The position numbers were made by a program, and so were the translations under genes. The notes under the pieces are model-generated. The model was not told the origin of the DNA and searched no databases. It saw nothing but the letters and a program-made list of their open reading frames with translations. A stretch of DNA of 63,829 nt, the filler included, from Folioceros fuciformis (taxonomy: Eukaryota), in assembly GCA_049999805.1 (NCBI GenBank). It is 14 parts of 14 records of this genome, joined end to end, with 100 filler letters (N's around TTAATTAATTAA, not from the genome) between each part and the next. Parts side by side here need not be neighbours in the genome. Positions count along the whole stretch, not along the records: positions 59,458 to 62,625 come from JBNGIO010003270.1; positions 62,726 to 63,829 come from JBNGIO010003292.1; 12 more parts are not named here. One strand, 5' to 3'. Shown piece after piece: positions 59,630 to 63,829 of this stretch; within the stretch, counting starts at the first letter, position 1, and every line of letters begins with the position of its first letter.

Positions 59630-62625
59630 GATGTGGGAGCGAATAAGCTAGGTGGAGGTGGCCACGCAACTACAGCGAGGCAGCATCACCCACACGCCCC
59701 AATCGTGCTAGCAGCAACAACAGCAGTTCAACTGCAGCAAGCTTTCCCAACCTTCGAGAGTTCGTAGCGTCGGTTTCAAAGGAGCATGGGACCAGTCCTC
59801 GTTATAGGCTGAGATCCCGTGACATCCCTGGACAAAGCACCCCACCTAGACGTGCATACACACAACGGAGGAGGGCAGCCAAGAGGCAGGAGCAAGCTCA
59901 CGAGTTTGTGGAAGTCAGCTTCAACCTCGACACTCCACCTTCAACAGCAAGGCTAGCAACCAGCTGGTCCCCATTTACAAGTGTCCGCATCTCTGAGCCT
60001 TCAACTTTGGAGGGAGAGCAGGCTCCATTTCAGAGCCAGCTACCTGAGGAGGAGACACAGGGAGAGTTCTTGTTAGAATAGTCCTTGGGCCATACACCCT
60101 TGGAGCAGCCCCACTTGCCAACGTGGGGTGGGCAGTCTTCAATTCACTCAGGCCTTAGATTTCCTCATCCAGGACAGCCATACATCAGCCAGTCACGTGC
60201 TGAGTATTCTGAAGACTCAGACGACATGGAGGGAGGAGCACCTTACAGGCATGAGAGATTTTCAGGGAGGCCAGGTACACAAGCCCTACGGGACTTCAAG
60301 TTATTTCTCAATGGCATGATCAGTCGGGTCAAGTTTAAACATGGTGCTGCGTACAGCCACCTCTACATGTTTGAACAATTGGCTGGGCATCTAGCAAACG
60401 AGGCCCTAGACTTGTATGAGGTGCACCAAGCTGAACTCACAGCAACGGTGGCTACACCTAACCCCCTGTTCTAGAATGCCTTGCAACTAGCTTACAATTC
60501 TAAGCTAGCTAATGCAATTAATGCTCACCAGGCCGATATTGCTGCTGGGAGCATTGCAGCCACAGTGCAAGCACCAACAGTGGTCAGCCTAACAACAGCC
60601 GAGATGGCTGCAGCTACTGCAGGTGTGGATGCTGACATCCTCACACCCAAGCATGCCAACCTAGTGGAAGACTTTTTGGGGATTTTGGAAAAGGCTTTTC
60701 CCCTCAAGACACCTGAGAAGATTGCAGAGTTGGCAAGTTTTGTGCGCAAGAAAGGTGAAACTATTCAGATGACCTTTCGCCGACTACAGAAATTGCGAGA
60801 GGGTATAGGAATGCTAACAGACCAGGAGGCAGCACAAAAATTCCTCACAGCGTTGGAAGGTGATCCACTTTTCCACTTTCAGCTTTTCACATCCCTTGTG
60901 GATAAGTATGGAGATAGTTATACTTTGGAGCAGGTGCATGAGGAGGCTGAGAAGAAGGAGATTGCTTTCTCAGCATATGCCTCAAGGCATTCTAAGGCCT
61001 TCACGCATTATCAAAGCATGTTCTCTAGTAAGAACATAGCTGCTGGGACCGTAGATGCTAGGGCATCCAAGTCTACTCAAGCCAAGCCAGCCAAAGCAGG
61101 AGCTGCAGCAACCTTGGAGGCTTTGTGCAATCGCTGTGGCAGTCCAGAGCACATGGCTCCGGCCTGCAAGTGCCCTCCTGAAGGATTGCTTTGTTCTCAT
61201 TGCCACAAGCTTGGACATCTTGTGACTGTATGCTTCCAGAAGTATCCGGAGCGAAGGCAACAGCGATGGGGCACCACAAATGTTGCAGGGACAGTTCCCA
61301 CTTCCACTGATTCAAGCCTCTCGGCTACAGGCAATACAGGAGTCTCACGCAGCAAACAGCAACGAGAGAAGGCCAAGGCCAAGGTGGCTACTAATGTAGA
61401 CAAGCTCACTTCACTGGAAGCAACCGTGGCTGCTCTTGCCACACAGGTGGGGGCACTTTCAGCTAGCATCTCTAGCAGCGTAGCTACTTCCAAGCCAGCT
61501 GGGACAGCCACATTGGTGGCATCACCAATAGAGGATGATGAGGACTATGGGCTACCACACGAGCCCTGTGCAGTAGATGTGGTAGCATCAGCGTCACAGC
61601 CAAGTTCCCCCTTGCCTTCTACATGGGTAGGACAAGATCTTCGATGGTTGACCATGGCTGCAGCAGTTGGATCTACTAGACCAGTCACACGACAACGTGG
61701 GGCAAGGGCTGCCATGCCTCAGTCTTTCACTCCCCTTCCTCCAGGAGCATCCATCCCGGTGCGGGGACAAGATCACTTGGACGATGGACAGCTAAATATG
61801 GCTGGTCCAGGATTACACGACAAGTCACCTGCGCATACAGTGGGTGCCCGACCTACTCAGGGTGGGGGTCGATGTCATCTCTTGCCACAGGTGATGAGTA
61901 GTGAGTGATTGGCCCAGCGCTTGGCAAATGCGCCGTTGTTTGTAGTTCAAGACATGGGCATTAGTCCTGGGCAGTTGAGCCAGGCCTTGAGAAGTGGAGA
62001 ATCAACAACATTTGTCACAATGACTGCTGGAACAGCTGTACTGAATGGGCTGCAGGTTTGCCAACAACCTCAGCCACAGACATGTCATTTTCAGTAGTGG
62101 ACATGGCTCCACAGTGGGATGTGGGATCTATGCTAGGGGTATACACCTCTCAACGTGCCACGTCCATGCCAGGTTGCCCTCGTGTGCAGCCCACCAACTG
62201 CATGAAGGTGCGTGTTGGCAATACCATGGTGGATAACCGAAAGGGGCATGTCACTGTCAACGGATATGCACCAAAGAAGTTCCTGTTGGATACTGGGGCG
62301 CAACCCGTCATCATCGGCAAGACCCTTGTTGCAAGGCTGCGACTAGGTGGAGATGCTCTCAAAGCATCACCTTGGAACATCAAGACAACATCTGGGTCAA
62401 TTGAGCCTGTATGTGGAGAGACTGTACAGCCAGTTACCATTACGTTGAAGCCTAGCACAGCCTCCTCCATGACGCTTGCCTTGCATTGTCTAGTGACCAC
62501 GGCCACAAATTATGATGTGCTTCTTGGGCAAGAGTTCCTCTTCCCTCCAGGCATAGGTGTGGACAACTGGTCGGAGATGCCTACTATAGGCCTGATTGGA
62601 GGAACGGAGGTCAGCAGGTGGCCTA
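59630..62625 (+). mobile_element. Ty3/Gypsy-like gag with two CCHC knuckles plus aspartic protease (decayed, 3'-truncated)
   Basis: ERFSGRPG...HLANEALDLY, FVRKKGETI, CNRCGSPEHMAPAC, CSHCHKLGHLVTVC, FLLDTGAQ, YDVLLG. In-frame stops at 60472 and 61906; frameshift near 62040. Confidence 0.88.
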
Positions 62626-62725
62626 NNNNNNNNNNNNNNNNNNNNNNNNNNNNNNNNNNNNNNNNNNNNTTAATTAATTAANNNNNNNNNNNNNNNNNNN
62701 NNNNNNNNNNNNNNNNNNNNNNNNN

Positions 62726-63829
62726 AAGGTACTCCTGCAGCGTGTCCGAGAACTGCATGCACTGCATGCTGCCCCGAACCGCTGATGGTTGAAGGCGCCT
62801 CTCACCGCTGCATATGCCCCCCCCATCCGATTGCACACATCGCTACCATGGGGCCCGTATTCTTCGCTGGACACCAGCCCCCGCTTCGCACTGCCTCGAT
62901 TCAGCACCCCTCCACAGCGCTATCAGAGCTCTTTGCCATCACCTGCCTTCGGACCTGGCCGTCTGCCGAGCACTTGTGCTGCCTGGATTCGCCTACAACC
63001 ACCCCTGCTAACCGATCAACCCAGCCACCTGCCTGGCTCCAACTGCGACAAGCCGCTTGTCCAGCCTCCAGTAGGCTAACTACTGCGGCCACGATTCAGC
63101 GAGGCCACCGTCTGGCCACTGTTCAGCCAGCCGGCCTGGCTGCCTGGATCCAACTGCCAGCCCCTTGCCTGGCCTGCCACCCACCTCAATCCAACATGTT
63201 CGCCAGCTCGCTGCATTCCAGCCCGCCTAGTCAGCTGGTCTGGATCCTGCCGCCTGCTGGGATGCGCGGCCTGGATCCTGACCGGACCCTGCCTACTGCC
63301 GGGCCGGGATGGCTGCTGGCTAGGCTCTTCAGCAACCCACCACCAGCCAGCAGACCTGCCCCCCCAGGCATCAGCTGCCAGTCTGCCTACAGCCAGATCG
63401 GGCTGCCTGCGCTACTGGTTGCCGCCTGCGGCCCGACTGTGCTGCTGGGCAGCCTGCCTGCCAGCATGCCCCCCCGGATCTAGCCGCCTGCAGCCAGTCG
63501 CTTGCTGGTATAGCGGCTGTGATCGCCAGCCCGCCTGGATCCGAGCAACCCGTCACGACGATCCGGCGCTGGCCGCCTGCCAACTTCCAGATCCGGCAGC
63601 TGCTGAGCTGCCTGCCAGCTCCCCGACCCGGCCCCGGCTGCCTACCTCCAGCCTTCTAGGCCACCCAAGTCCACTGGCTAGCCGCCTCGACCGTTGCTGC
63701 CAGCCGCTTGGCCAGCCTACTGCTAGCTAGATCCGGCTGGAAAGCCAGTCGGATCTAGCAAGCCCCCCTTACCAACCTGCCCGCGTGCCTGGGCTCCAAC
63801 AGCCGGGCCTGGCCTGGATCCACCTCGGC
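62726..63829. repeat. GC-rich low-complexity repeat, C-skewed orientation
   Basis: Same motif family as the other GC-rich tracts. Confidence 0.7.

Noticed and set aside
61980..62097. Programmed -1 frameshift between gag and protease
   Set aside because: No slippery heptamer was seen, and the element has other disabling stops, so a 1-bp deletion is simpler.

Overview
This window is not one contiguous locus. It holds 14 eukaryotic contigs joined by 13 artificial 100-bp linkers (44 N + TTAATTAATTAA + 44 N). The DNA is land-plant nuclear sequence; short GT-AG introns and the gene and TE families suggest a non-seed plant such as a bryophyte or lycophyte (inference only). Host genes are: a very long GEX2/FUS1-type Ig/filamin-repeat membrane protein (5'-truncated, about 1,900 aa visible), a Tweety-like plant multi-pass membrane protein (5'-truncated), an EMB8/YheT-type alpha/beta hydrolase, an intact DCAF13/SOF1, the 5' end of a BAG6/CIP73-like ubiquitin-domain gene, and a GBA2 (GH116) pseudogene fragment. 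The rest is mostly decayed, nested retroelements: many Ty1/Copia pieces with short LTRs, Ty3/Gypsy gag-pro and RNase H pieces, L1 LINE pieces, a CRE-like RT fragment and a strand-biased GC-rich repeat. The most notable observations are (1) accessory ORFs recurring antisense to pol just inside the 3' LTR/PPT of several LTR elements, plus sense ORFs between the PBS and gag, (2) a GEX2 homologue with at least 12 Ig repeats in a one-domain-per-exon layout, and (3) a hairpin-dense island of about 420 nt at 55.56-55.98 kb. All family calls rest on motif recognition by eye; no searches were run, and exon and LTR edges are approximate.
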